Shown one piece after another: positions 47,947 through 58,800 of a DNA stretch of 64,000 nt. A program made the position numbers and the translations under genes. The DNA is from Candidatus Poribacteria bacterium (GTDB lineage: Bacteria; Poribacteria; WGA-4E; PCPOR2b). Position 1 is the stretch's first letter. Every line of letters begins with the position of its first letter. The stretch covers positions 3,712,001 through 3,776,000 of the forward strand of contig OZ244587.1 of the NCBI GenBank assembly GCA_965218095.1, given 5' to 3'. A model generated the notes under the pieces. It ran no database searches. It saw nothing but the letters and a program-made list of their open reading frames with translations, and was not told where the DNA came from.

Positions 47947-48894
47947 ATGACTTCCCAGAAAAAAACAGGTTTTGTGTACCACGCCGATTATCTGAAACAC
48001 GATACAGGTGTACACCTTGAGCGTCCAGAGCGGCTGATGGCGATCATCAAAGCGCTTCAAGCCTCAGATTTTTGGACAGATCTGTATCAGATCGAGCCGA
48101 CCCCTGCGACGGTTGATCAAATCTGCTATGCACACACCAGAGGGGCTGTTGATCGGGTCAAGCAGTACTCTGAACAAAACATCCCCCTCGATTACGATAC
48201 GCCAGTTTCACCCGCATCGTTCGACATCGCGCTTCTCTCCACCGGTGGTGTGTTGAGAGCAGCCGATGCTGTCATGGTGGGTGCCGTTAGCAATGCTTTC
48301 GCACTTGTCCGCCCGCCCGGACATCACGCTGTCCCATATTGCAGCATGGGCTTCTGTTTGTTCAATAACGTTGCGATCACGGCTCGGCACTTGCAGCGTG
48401 AGTATGGCATCGACAAAATCGCAATTGTGGATTGGGACGTACATCACGGCAACGGAACACAGGATATTTTTTATGATGACCCATCCGTCTTTTTCTTCTC
48501 AATCCATCAGTCGCCGCTCTACCCCGGCTCAGGGATGGTTAACGAGACGGGAACTGGTGAAGCCGTTGGCACAACTTTGAATGCACCCATGCGTGCGGGC
48601 AGTGATACAAGCGACTGTATCGAAGTGTTCAAAACGAAGCTCAAGCCGGCGCTCCTCGATTTTTCGCCGGATTTCGTTCTCATCTCAGCCGGGTTTGATG
48701 CACACTGTTTAGATCCCCTGGCTGCAATCAACATGACAGCGGAGGGCTTTGCAACCCTGACTGACATCGTTGCTGAGATTGCAGCGGAAACCTGTGAGGG
48801 ACGCCTAGTTTCGGCATTGGAAGGTGGATATAGCATCAAAGGGCTATCAGAATCGGTCGTTGCTCATGTTGAAGGGTTGATGCAGCGCTCGTGA
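47947..48894 (+). CDS. Histone-deacetylase-family amidohydrolase
   Basis: RPPGHHA, MGFCLFNN, DWDVHHGNGTQ, SAGFDAH and LEGGY. Confidence 0.93.
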   Translation: MTSQKKTGFVYHADYLKHDTGVHLERPERLMAIIKALQASDFWTDLYQIEPTPATVDQICYAHTRGAVDRVKQYSEQNIPLDYDTPVSPASFDIALLSTGGVLRAADAVMVGAVSNAFALVRPPGHHAVPYCSMGFCLFNNVAITARHLQREYGIDKIAIVDWDVHHGNGTQDIFYDDPSVFFFSIHQSPLYPGSGMVNETGTGEAVGTTLNAPMRAGSDTSDCIEVFKTKLKPALLDFSPDFVLISAGFDAHCLDPLAAINMTAEGFATLTDIVAEIAAETCEGRLVSALEGGYSIKGLSESVVAHVEGLMQRS

Positions 48895-49044
48895 TAGGGG
48901 TTTGGAAGATAAAAAATGCGAGCGCTTTGTTACACAACATCTGACAGGGTGGTAAGGTTTTGATACGCCTTCGGCTGCTCAACCGGGCGGATTCTATCTT
49001 GGTTCTTCAGCGGAATGACCAATCGCACAAGCCGTTAAATAATA

Positions 49045-49095
49045 ACCCAAGTTGCCACCTATCGGAAAACTTTCTTGGTAAGTAGCAACTTGGAT
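49045..49095. mobile_element. 51-bp IS982-type MITE with 9-bp target-site duplication
   Basis: ACCCAAGTTGC...GCAACTTGGAT flanked on both sides by TAAATAATA. Confidence 0.85.
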
Positions 49096-49167
49096 TAAAT
49101 AATAGACTTTAATAAGATTTCAGGTTTTCGATGGATTGTCAAGCTAATATCTATAGAGGAGTAAGTT

Positions 49168-51114
49168 ATGTCACAAACCAAAAATTCCGATCGATGGGAC
49201 ACGCGTTCCGTGAATCATCCATTAGAGCCTTTAGCCGCAGATGAAATTAAGCTGGCAGTCAGCATTCTGCGGCGCCAGCAGCAACTGCCGGATACTGCCC
49301 GTTTCTCTTATATCGCTCTTAAAGATCCAGCTAAGTCGTCGGCCTGGAATCATATTGATGGTAAACCATTTGACCGAGAGGTCTTCTGTATCATTCTGGA
49401 CAGAGCGACGGCTCAGACTTATGAAGCAGTGGTTTGTTTAGTCAATAAAGAAGTTAAATCCTACGTTCATCGCCCGGGAGTCCAATCCTCTATCACGTTG
49501 GACGAATTTGCCGAATGTGAGAAAATTATCAAGGCAGATTCCAAGGTTCGGGCCGCGTTGAAACTGAGAGGGATTGAAGATACAAGCCTTATCATGTGCG
49601 ATCCTTGGTCTGCCGGAAACTACGGCTACCCTGACGAAGAGGGTAGACGCCTGGTCCGCGCAATGTGCTGGCTCAAAACAAGCCTGGAGGATAATGGCTA
49701 TGCCCGCCCTATTGAGGGTGTTGTCCCGGTTGTTGATCTGACCGAAATGCGGATTGTCAGAGTCGATGATTACGGCGTGGTACCTTTGCCTCTTGAGGAC
49801 GGCAATTACGCCGCAAGCTATATTAAACATTTCCGGACTGACCTGAAACCTATTAAGATTACTCAGCCTGAGGGGTTCAGCTTTAAAGTTGATGGTCACC
49901 ATATATCATGGCAGAAATGGTCTTTGCGCATCGGTTTTAACCCGCGCGAGGGACTTGTTCTATATACTGTGGCGTATGATGACGATGACACGGTCCGGCC
50001 TGTACTCTATCGAGCCTCACTTGCCGAAATGGTGGTACCATACGCGGATCCGAGTGGTAACCACTATCGGAAAAATGCCTTTGATGTGGGTGAATATGGC
50101 GTCGGTATGATGGCAAACTCGCTGGCTATCGGCTGTGACTGCCTCGGTGAAATTTATTATTTCGACGCTGTTATGCACAATTCACTCGGAGAACCTATGG
50201 TCATTCCGAACGCAGTATGCATGCACGAGGAGGATTACGGCATCCTCTGGAAGCATATGGACTGGCGAACTGAGGCGACAGAAGTGCGACGCTCGCGCCG
50301 ACTTGTAATATCTTTCGTCGCCACTGCCGGCAACTATGAATATGGTTTCTTCTGGTACTTCTACCAAGACGGTTCAATTCAATATGAAGTCAAACTGACA
50401 GGCATTTGCAATACCGCCGCTGTCCCCGAAGGCGAGAGGCCGAAATATGGAAGACTAGTGGCGCCCCAGTTGAACGCTCAAATCCACCAGCATTTCTTCA
50501 ACATGCGACTCAACATGGCGATTGATGGCGCTGAGAATTCAGTGGTTGAGGTCAATACCTATCCAGAGCCAATGGGAGAAACCAACCCGCATGGTAATGC
50601 GCACCACGCCGAGGAAACCGTGCTTAAGACGGAATCTGAAGCGCAGCGAGATCTGAACGGTGAAACCCAGCGCTACTGGAGATTCATCAACCCTGATAAA
50701 ACCAATCGACTGGGAGACCCTGTCGGCTATCGCCTCCTCGGCGTTGAGACCACAAAGCCATTTGCGCATCCTGAAGCTAGCGTCTCGAAGCGCGCAGGTT
50801 TCATGAATCATCATTTGTGGGTCACGCCCTATAATCCGGTGGAAAGGTATCCTGCAGGCGATCACCCCAACCAGAACCCTGGCGGTGATGGCTTGCCTAG
50901 GTGGATATCAGCCAACAGGAACATCGAAAACACCGATATTGTGGCCTGGTATACTTTCGCTCACCATCATATTCCGCGACTTGAGGATTGGCCTGTTATG
51001 TCGGTCTCCTGTTGTGGATTTTGGCTCAAGCCTTGCGGCTTCTTCGATCGGAATCCCGCCCTCGACGTTCCGCCTTCGAGCAAGGCTCATGAGACGTGCT
51101 ACAATGCCGAGTGA
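49168..51114 (+). CDS. tynA: Copper-containing (TPQ) primary amine oxidase
   Basis: HPLEPL, AFDVGEYG (catalytic Asp), GNYEY TPQ consensus, HQH, and HIPRLEDWPVM copper ligands. No signal peptide. Confidence 0.92.
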   Translation: MSQTKNSDRWDTRSVNHPLEPLAADEIKLAVSILRRQQQLPDTARFSYIALKDPAKSSAWNHIDGKPFDREVFCIILDRATAQTYEAVVCLVNKEVKSYVHRPGVQSSITLDEFAECEKIIKADSKVRAALKLRGIEDTSLIMCDPWSAGNYGYPDEEGRRLVRAMCWLKTSLEDNGYARPIEGVVPVVDLTEMRIVRVDDYGVVPLPLEDGNYAASYIKHFRTDLKPIKITQPEGFSFKVDGHHISWQKWSLRIGFNPREGLVLYTVAYDDDDTVRPVLYRASLAEMVVPYADPSGNHYRKNAFDVGEYGVGMMANSLAIGCDCLGEIYYFDAVMHNSLGEPMVIPNAVCMHEEDYGILWKHMDWRTEATEVRRSRRLVISFVATAGNYEYGFFWYFYQDGSIQYEVKLTGICNTAAVPEGERPKYGRLVAPQLNAQIHQHFFNMRLNMAIDGAENSVVEVNTYPEPMGETNPHGNAHHAEETVLKTESEAQRDLNGETQRYWRFINPDKTNRLGDPVGYRLLGVETTKPFAHPEASVSKRAGFMNHHLWVTPYNPVERYPAGDHPNQNPGGDGLPRWISANRNIENTDIVAWYTFAHHHIPRLEDWPVMSVSCCGFWLKPCGFFDRNPALDVPPSSKAHETCYNAE

Positions 51115-51139
51115 ATGGATTTGTTGAAAGGGATTTTCC

Positions 51140-52333
51140 ATGAAAACTTCACAGATTCTCCTCGACTGCTTGGTTTTTGGAATTGAACCAGTGACAGAGA
51201 GCCACACCGCTGAAGTCAAGATTACTGCCAGCGACGCAGCGGCATACGACAATTTCGGCGTTTCCGTCGCCATCAGTGGAGACACCGCCATCGTCGGGGC
51301 TCGATATGACGATGATGCCGGAGACCGGTCCGGTTCAGCGTATATCTTCGTGCGCAACGGGACGAGTTGGACCCAGCAGGCGAAGCTTGCCGCCAGCGAC
51401 ACGGCGGCAGGAGATGAATTCGGCCTTTCCGTTGCCGTCAGTGGAGATACTGCCATTGTTGGGGCTCGATATGACGATGATGCCGGAGACCGGTCCGGTT
51501 CAGCGTATATCTTCGTGCGCAACGGGACGAGTTGGACCCAACAGGCGAAACTCACTGCCAGTGACGCCGCCGCTGGTAACGAATTCGGTGTTTCCGTTGC
51601 CATTAGTGGAGAGGTCGCCATCGTCGGGGCTTGGCGGGACGATGATGCGGGGGATGCTTCAGGGTCGGCGTATATCTTTGTGCGTAGCGGGACGAGTTGG
51701 ACGCAGCAGTCGAAACTCATCGCCAGCAACACAGCAGCATACGACAATTTCGGCGTTTCTGTCGCCATCAGCGGGGATACCGCCATCATCGGGGCTTTTG
51801 TAGTAGACTTCGCGTATATCTTCGTGCGCAACGGGACGAGTTGGATCCAGCAAGCAAAACTCACTGCCAGCGACGCGGTGATTGGGAACGGGTTCGGAGA
51901 GTCTGTCTCCATTAGCGGGGACACCGCCATCGTCGGGGCTGTATATGACGATGATGCCGGAGGTAACTCAGGCGCAACGTATATCTTCGTGCGCAGCGGA
52001 ACGAGTTGGACCCAGCAGACGAAACTCACCGCTAGTGACACGACGGTAGGTGACTGGTTCGGATGCTCCGTCGCCATCAGCGGGGAGGTCGCTATCGTTG
52101 GGGCTTGGCGGGACGATGATGCGGGGGATGCTTCAGGGTCGGCGTATATCTTCGTACGCAATGGGAACCGTTGGATCCAGCAGGCGAAACTCACCGCCAG
52201 CGACGCGGCGGAAAATGACATATTCGGCGCGTCCGTCGCCATCAACAGAGCCTTCGCCATTGTTGGGGTTTATGGGGATGATCATGCTAGGGGAAGTGAT
52301 TCAGGCTCGGCGTATATCTATCATTCCAGATAA
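51140..52333 (+). CDS. FG-GAP repeat protein; paralog of 13926-15491 with degraded signal peptide and lost C-terminal domain (possible pseudogene)
   Basis: Seven FG-GAP repeats. The expected tail VEPFIFTATTLGQVK follows the stop out of frame and the FlgD-like domain is missing. Confidence 0.8.
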   Translation: MKTSQILLDCLVFGIEPVTESHTAEVKITASDAAAYDNFGVSVAISGDTAIVGARYDDDAGDRSGSAYIFVRNGTSWTQQAKLAASDTAAGDEFGLSVAVSGDTAIVGARYDDDAGDRSGSAYIFVRNGTSWTQQAKLTASDAAAGNEFGVSVAISGEVAIVGAWRDDDAGDASGSAYIFVRSGTSWTQQSKLIASNTAAYDNFGVSVAISGDTAIIGAFVVDFAYIFVRNGTSWIQQAKLTASDAVIGNGFGESVSISGDTAIVGAVYDDDAGGNSGATYIFVRSGTSWTQQTKLTASDTTVGDWFGCSVAISGEVAIVGAWRDDDAGDASGSAYIFVRNGNRWIQQAKLTASDAAENDIFGASVAINRAFAIVGVYGDDHARGSDSGSAYIYHSR

Positions 52334-52554
52334 GACCTCTCTCCGCGTCGAGCCGTTTATATTCACGGCGACAACGTTGGGTCAAGTCAAGCAACGCGAA
52401 AAATCTCAGCATGTGGCAAAATTTGTGGGACATTTCGATATGGAGTTGGTATAATAATAGGAATTCGCACGCAGAAGTTCAGATACAACATACATACAAA
52501 ACTATCCCATTTTCTCATTTGGTCATACTGGCCAAAAAGAGGAGGTCATAAAAA

Positions 52555-53403
52555 ATGAACGTTATCGTAACAAGATTAAGTATAGTCAGCATCAACTTAT
52601 TCATCATCAGCCTAATGTTGACGGGTGGAAGCGATGCCAAAATTGAACTTGAAGACGTTGTTGCCACGTGGCTCTTTGAAGAGGAGAAGGAGGGTGGTGT
52701 TGGTGCCGATACATCCGGCAACGGTCATCATGGCGAGCTGGTGAATAGACCGAAAGTGGTAGACGGAAAGTTCGGCAAGGCATTGCAGTTTAATGGAAAG
52801 GACAATCTTGCCGCTGGTGCGAGCTTTGTCAAGGTTCCACACGATGAAGCCCTAAACCTGCCTGATGCCGTGTCCATTTCGGCATGGGTTATCAGACGCA
52901 AATTTGACTTTTTAACTCATGAGGCAAGATCACAGACGATTCTTGCCAAAGGTGGAGATTGGGCGCCTTTGACACATTCCGGCTACGGATTCGCCCTCCA
53001 CGAGGTTCTGGACAATATGTTTTTTTTCTATTTTAAGGATGGTTGGCGGGGCGCAGCGACGGTTCCAGACCAGGAATGGCATCATTATGCAGTCACTGCC
53101 AAAACAAGAGACAAAGATCCAGCCCTGTATATTGATGGTGAATTACAGACAATTGTACATCGGGGTGGTAAAGCTAATAAGATCGAGTGGACGCTTAATG
53201 AGGGACCGTTAGAGATTGGCGGACAAACACGAGCAGATGAATGGTTCAGCTCAAACATTATTGACGACGTTGGCCTCTTCAATAGAGTCCTGACTCAAGA
53301 GGAAGTTCAACGGCTCACGAAAGGACTTCAGACTGCCGTCTTCGCTGTTTCTCCATCGGGCAAACTTGCCACAACCTGGGCTGAGATTAAACAAAGGAAG
53401 TGA
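52555..53403 (+). CDS. Secreted LamG domain protein
   Basis: WLFEE, DTSGNGHHG, GKFGKALQF, WHHYAVT and C-terminal AVSPSGKLATTWAEIK. Confidence 0.9.
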   Translation: MNVIVTRLSIVSINLFIISLMLTGGSDAKIELEDVVATWLFEEEKEGGVGADTSGNGHHGELVNRPKVVDGKFGKALQFNGKDNLAAGASFVKVPHDEALNLPDAVSISAWVIRRKFDFLTHEARSQTILAKGGDWAPLTHSGYGFALHEVLDNMFFFYFKDGWRGAATVPDQEWHHYAVTAKTRDKDPALYIDGELQTIVHRGGKANKIEWTLNEGPLEIGGQTRADEWFSSNIIDDVGLFNRVLTQEEVQRLTKGLQTAVFAVSPSGKLATTWAEIKQRK

Positions 53404-53461
53404 GCCGGGTTGAGTAACAAAAGTGGTTTGGGAACAAACAGTTAGCGACTTTTCGGCATAT

Positions 53462-53521
53462 ATTGCTCCTGATGAAGCATTGAGGATTCAGAGCAATCTG
53501 AATGCCGGTGCTTCATCGGGG
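53462..53521 (+). repeat. Intergenic copy of the palindromic element found in frame at 36922 and 38866
   Basis: TTGCTCCTGATGAAGCATTGAGGATTCAGAGCAATCTGAATGCCGGTGCTTCATCGGGG, with outer stem GATGAAGCA/TGCTTCATC and inner ATTCAGA-GCAA-TCTGAAT. Confidence 0.85.
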
Positions 53522-53698
53522 CTTGTCAAACAACAGAAGGGGATTCTTGGAGAGGAGGGTCCGAGGGAACGAGTCAAAACTCCTCGCTCCCTGGCGTCTA
53601 TTTTCCACGATGGATGAGAAGTAGGATAAAACGGACCGTGACATCGATCCTACCGAGTTTTCGAGAGCGCTCAAACCCCAAAAAGGAGGTAATCAAAG

Positions 53699-54550
53699 AT
53701 GAACAGTATCATAACAAAATTAAACGGCGTCGGCATTAGCTTACTCATCATGAGTCTGATGTTTCCAGGCAGAAGTGAGGCCAAAATTGAACTTGAAGAC
53801 GTTGTTGGCGTGTGGCTCTTTGATGAAATCAAGGATAAGGTCGCCAAGGATGCCACCGGCAACGGTCATGATGGAGAGTTAATTAATAAATCGAAGCATG
53901 TAGAGGGGAAGTTCGGCAAGGCATTGAAGTTTAATGGAAAGGACAATCTTGCCGCTGGTGCCAGTTATGTCAAGGTGCCACACCATGAGGACCTGAACCT
54001 TCCTGATGTCGTGTCCATTTCGGCATGGGTTATCAGACGCGAATTTGACTTTTTGGTTCATGAGGCAAGAGCACAGGTAATCCTTGCAAAAGGTGGAACC
54101 TGGGCGTGGTTGCGAGAGTCTGGTTACGGATTAGCCCTCCATGAGGTTTTAGACAATATGTTTGTTTTCTATTTTAGGGATGGCTGGCGGGGCGCAGCGA
54201 CTGTCCCAGATAAGGCGTGGCACCATTATGCAGCCGTTGCCCAAAAAGGAAAGGCAGAGCCAATTCTGTATATTGATGGTGAGCCGCAGCCAATCGTACA
54301 TAAGGGTGGTGAGGCGAACAAGATGGCTTGGACGCCCCTTGAACAGCCATTGCCATTAGAAATTGGCGGACAAACACCGGGTGATGAATTCTACAGCTCA
54401 AACATCATTGATGACGTTGCCATCTTCAATAGAGCTCTGACTCAAGAGGACGTTCAGCGGCTCATGAAAGGGATTCAAACTGCCGTCTTCGCTGTTTCCC
54501 CATCGGGCAAACTTGCTACCACTTGGGCGGAGATTAAACAAAGGAGGTGA
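53699..54550 (+). CDS. Secreted LamG domain protein (tandem paralog)
   Basis: Same architecture and C-terminal motif. RBS AGGAGG. Confidence 0.9.
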   Translation: MNSIITKLNGVGISLLIMSLMFPGRSEAKIELEDVVGVWLFDEIKDKVAKDATGNGHDGELINKSKHVEGKFGKALKFNGKDNLAAGASYVKVPHHEDLNLPDVVSISAWVIRREFDFLVHEARAQVILAKGGTWAWLRESGYGLALHEVLDNMFVFYFRDGWRGAATVPDKAWHHYAAVAQKGKAEPILYIDGEPQPIVHKGGEANKMAWTPLEQPLPLEIGGQTPGDEFYSSNIIDDVAIFNRALTQEDVQRLMKGIQTAVFAVSPSGKLATTWAEIKQRR

Positions 54551-54739
54551 ACAAAAAGTCAAATGTCCCTAACTGCAATTTGGGTCGCTTGACTTGACAT
54601 TTCGAATTGTCCGGTCACTTAAATCGGTATGCAAAGCGCCCTCCGATAGATCAGGATTTCACTGTGTTCAACTTGTATACAAAACCACCCCATTTTCTTA
54701 ACAGGGTACTTATCAGCCCCCAAAAGGAGGTAATCAAAA

Positions 54740-55594
54740 ATGAACAATCGGATGCCGGGCTTAAGCGGAGTTGGTATCAGCTTACTCATCATAGGTCTGA
54801 TGTTGACGGGCGGAAGTGAGGCCAAAATTGACCTCGAAGACGTTGTTGCAATGTGGTTCTTTGATGAAATTGACGGTGATGTTGTCAAGGATGACACCGG
54901 CAACGGTCATGATGGAAAATTGATTAATAAATCGAAACATGTAGATGGGAAGTTCGGCAAGGCATTGAAGTTTAATGGGAAAGACAATCTTGCCGCTGGC
55001 GCGAGCTATATGGAGGTGCCACACCATGAAGAGCTCCAATTCCCTGATGCTGTATCCATTTCAGCATGGGTTATCAGACGAAAATTTGACTTTTTGGTTC
55101 ATGAGGCAAGGCCACAAATGATTCTTGGAAAAAATGCTGATTGGCCGTATTTAAGGGAGCAGACCGGTTTTGGAACAGGTCTCCACGAAGTTTTGGACGA
55201 TATGTTTTTTTTCTATTCTGAACTTGCATGGCGGGGTGTAAAGACTGTCCCAGATGAAGAGTGGCACCATTACGCAGTCGTTGCCAAACAAGGAGACAAG
55301 GATCCATCCATGTATATTGATGGCGAGTTGCAGCCAATCGAGCATCGGGGTGGTGATAAAAAAAATAAGAAGCTGACATGGAATGACAGTGTAGGAGAGT
55401 TATTTATTGGTGCGATATTAGTCGGAGATGAATACTTCAGCACAAACACTGTCGATGAGGTCGCCATCTTCAAGACTGCTCTGACTCAAGAGGACGTTCA
55501 GCGGCTCATGAAAGGACTTAAGGTTGGTGTCCTCGCTGTTTCCCCGTCAGGCAAACTCGCTACCACCTGGGCAGAAATTAAAGGAAGCCGGTGA
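54740..55594 (+). CDS. Secreted LamG domain protein (tandem paralog)
   Basis: Same architecture and C-terminal motif. RBS AGGAGG. Confidence 0.9.
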   Translation: MNNRMPGLSGVGISLLIIGLMLTGGSEAKIDLEDVVAMWFFDEIDGDVVKDDTGNGHDGKLINKSKHVDGKFGKALKFNGKDNLAAGASYMEVPHHEELQFPDAVSISAWVIRRKFDFLVHEARPQMILGKNADWPYLREQTGFGTGLHEVLDDMFFFYSELAWRGVKTVPDEEWHHYAVVAKQGDKDPSMYIDGELQPIEHRGGDKKNKKLTWNDSVGELFIGAILVGDEYFSTNTVDEVAIFKTALTQEDVQRLMKGLKVGVLAVSPSGKLATTWAEIKGSR

Positions 55595-55852
55595 GCAAAG
55601 CGTCAAGCCCCCCAACTGCACAACTGCAATTTGCTTACTTTTACCCAAATCTTTTCTTATGGGTTAGGACTTACACAGCCGATGTGCAGAACCTGCGATT
55701 TGACTGCACCCTGAATCCGATACAAGACACACAAGAGGTTGGGGGATAATCAGCCGATTCAATTGTGTCAATCCTGTGGGTAATAGCAAGTGCTACGCGA
55801 GGTCACCGATCTATCAGGGCTGTGACGTTTTACGAAATACGCAATATGGAAG

Positions 55853-58800
55853 ATGTACTACATGGGACGATTAACCGGACCGACTCGGAAAATGAACTTC
55901 CCCGGTGTGCTGTTCCTCCTCGGAGCTGTGGGCTTCCTTGGGGCATTCATATCCATAACAGAAAACGCCTCCGGCGCCGCCGAATCCCAAGTTACCGTGC
56001 CCCTGGGGATGTCATCTGCACATCCCGAACCAGCGCCGCGTCCAGTGACACCCGGCCACGAAAAGATGGTTGCGCTTCTCAAGGGGCTCGCCGACCGAGC
56101 CATAGAAGAGAATAGCTACATCGGGAATGGAACGGCGCGTCGGCTGCGTGAGCGGCTCGCGGATTTGCCTGCCAATACACCAGGCCCAGACAGATGGCGT
56201 CTTCATATGCAAGCAGGAGAGGCAGAGCTTAGTCTGGGCAATGAAGCAGAGGCAATCGATCACCTCACACAGGCTCGCCAGTTGCTAAACCAGTCGAGGT
56301 ACAACATTCCGTCCTCGGTAGTGAATCAGACCCTCTTTCGCCTTGGCGTGGCACACATGAGGCTAGGCGAGACACAAAATTGTTGCTTGCGCCACACGCC
56401 TGAAAGCTGCATTCTGCCCATCCAGGGAAGCGGCATCCACAACAAACAGAACGGGTCGAAACAGGCCATCACCTATTTTACCGAGGTCCTGCAAAGGTCC
56501 CCGAAAAACTCATCTGAGCACCTCAAAGCCAAATGGCTGCTCAACATCGCCTACATGACAATCGGCGGCTATCCTGATGAAGTTCCGCAGCAATACCGGA
56601 TTCAGGCGGAGGTGTTTGAGTCTGACGAGGCCATCCCGAGGTTTGTGAACCTTGCGCCCGGACTCGGTCTGGATACGTTTGACCTGGCTGGTGGGGCAAT
56701 TATCGACGATTTTGACAACGACGGTTACCTGGACATCGTGGTGTCCTCGTGGGATGCGACCGAGCAGATGCGTTTCTTTCGCAACAACCAGGATGGCACG
56801 TTTTCCGATCGAACCGAGCAGACAAACCTTGTGGGCTTGCTCGGTGGGTTCAATCTCGTACAGGCTGACTACGACAACGATGGCGACGTCGATATCTTTA
56901 TGCTGCGGGGCGCCTGGCTCCTCAAAAATGGGAGCTATCCAAACTCCCTGCTGCGCAACAACGGGGATGGTACGTTCACGGAAGTGACCTTTGAGGCAGG
57001 ACTCGGCGATGTGCATTATCCGACGCAAACGGCCGGGTGGGCGGACTACGATAATGATGGCAATGTCGATCTTTACATTGGCAACGAAGCGATTAATGAT
57101 TTTATCGCTCCTTGCCAACTGTTCCACAACAATGGCGATGGGAGTTTTACCGATGTGGCTATGGAAGCGGGCGTGCAAAATGGCGGTTTTACCAAGGCAG
57201 TGATCTGGGGTGATTACGATGGCGATCGCTGGCCCGATCTTTACGTGTCCAATTATGCAGCCAAGAATCGCCTGTATCGCAACAATGGCGATGGAACGTT
57301 CACCGACGTAGCTGGGCACCTCCATATCGACCGCCCAATGCGCAGCTTTCCTGCCTGGTTCTGGGACTTTGACAACGACGGGATGCTAGACTTGTATGTG
57401 GCATCCTTTGTGGAGGACCTTGCTCCTGTCGTAGCAAGCTACCTTGGCATGCCCACCAAGGTCGAAACAGCTTCCCTTTATCACGCCAATGGCAGTGGTG
57501 GCTTCGTGAACGTTGCCCGCCAGCAGAACCTGACACGGTTCTATCCTGTAATGGGGTCAAACTTCGGTGACCTGGATAACGATGGTTTCCTCGATTTCTA
57601 CCTCGGAACCGGGGCTCCGGATTACGACACCTTGATGCCTAATGTTATGTTCCGCAATCAGGGTGGGGCGGGCTTCTCGGATGTGACCTACGCTGGTGGC
57701 TTTGGCCACCTTCAGAAGGGCCATGCCATCGTCTTTGCTGACCTTGACAACGACGGCGATCAGGACGTCTTTGAGCAAATGGGCGGTTTTTACCCCGGCG
57801 ACAAATTCGGCAATGCCTTGTTCGAGAACCCCGGTTTCGGTAATCGTTGGATTGCCGTCAAACTCATCGGTGTCCGCTCCAATCGATCGGCGATCGGGGC
57901 GCGCATCCATGTCAAGGTCACCGAAAACAGAGATCGACGCTCGATCTACAAACACGTCAACAGCGGCGGCAGTTTCGGCGCCAATCCACTTCGGCAAACA
58001 ATCGGCCTGGGTAAAGCCTCAAAAATCGAAGCACTTGAGATTTTCTGGCCAACCACCGGCATCACACAAACCTTCCACAACGTGTCTGTCGATCAGTTTA
58101 TTCAGATCGTTGAGGGTGCGGAACAGTACACAACCCTTACTCTCAAAAAGCTGGAGTTGGACGCGGAGCGTCTGGGCTCAGACCTTTATGTATCCGTGGG
58201 GGGAGAGGATGACGAAAAGCGCCAGGCCCGTCTCTTTTACGATGAGGGCACGCAGGCAATTCTTCGCAGGGACTATAAAGACGCGCTGGCGGCATTTGAG
58301 CATGCCGTGACACTCGACCCATCGTTGGCAGATGCCCATTATCGCTTGGCTCTACTTTACGGGCGGCAAGACCACGGGAAACAATATCAATGGAAACAGG
58401 CTGTCCAGGCACTCCAGAGTGCCATTTCCGCAGATCCAAACCATATTGATGCCTACTATCAACTGGGTGAAATCTACCTGGAGGCGATGGCACGCACGGC
58501 GGAGGCTATCCCGCCCCTACAGAAGGCGATTCAGATGGACCCCAACTATGCGAGCGCGCGGCGGCTGTTGGGAAGTGCCTACCTGCGCCAGAGGCATACC
58601 GATGAAGCGATTCACGAACTCCAGCGGGCTGTGGCACTTAACCCTTCTGACACAAAAGCCCATTATACCCTCGGTCTCGCTTATTTTCAGGGTGGCGAAT
58701 TTGAAAAGGCAAGCCAGCGCTTCAAAGCGGTACTTGAACAAGATCCCTTGCATGCAAAGGCGTACTTTCATCTCAGTAATGCTTACCGTCGCACGGGTAG

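Noticed and set aside
50908-52260. 450-aa antisense ORF (likewise 20608-21339, 56510-57325, 60408-61532, 63069-63872)
   Set aside because: These are shadow frames of repeat-rich genes on the opposite strand.
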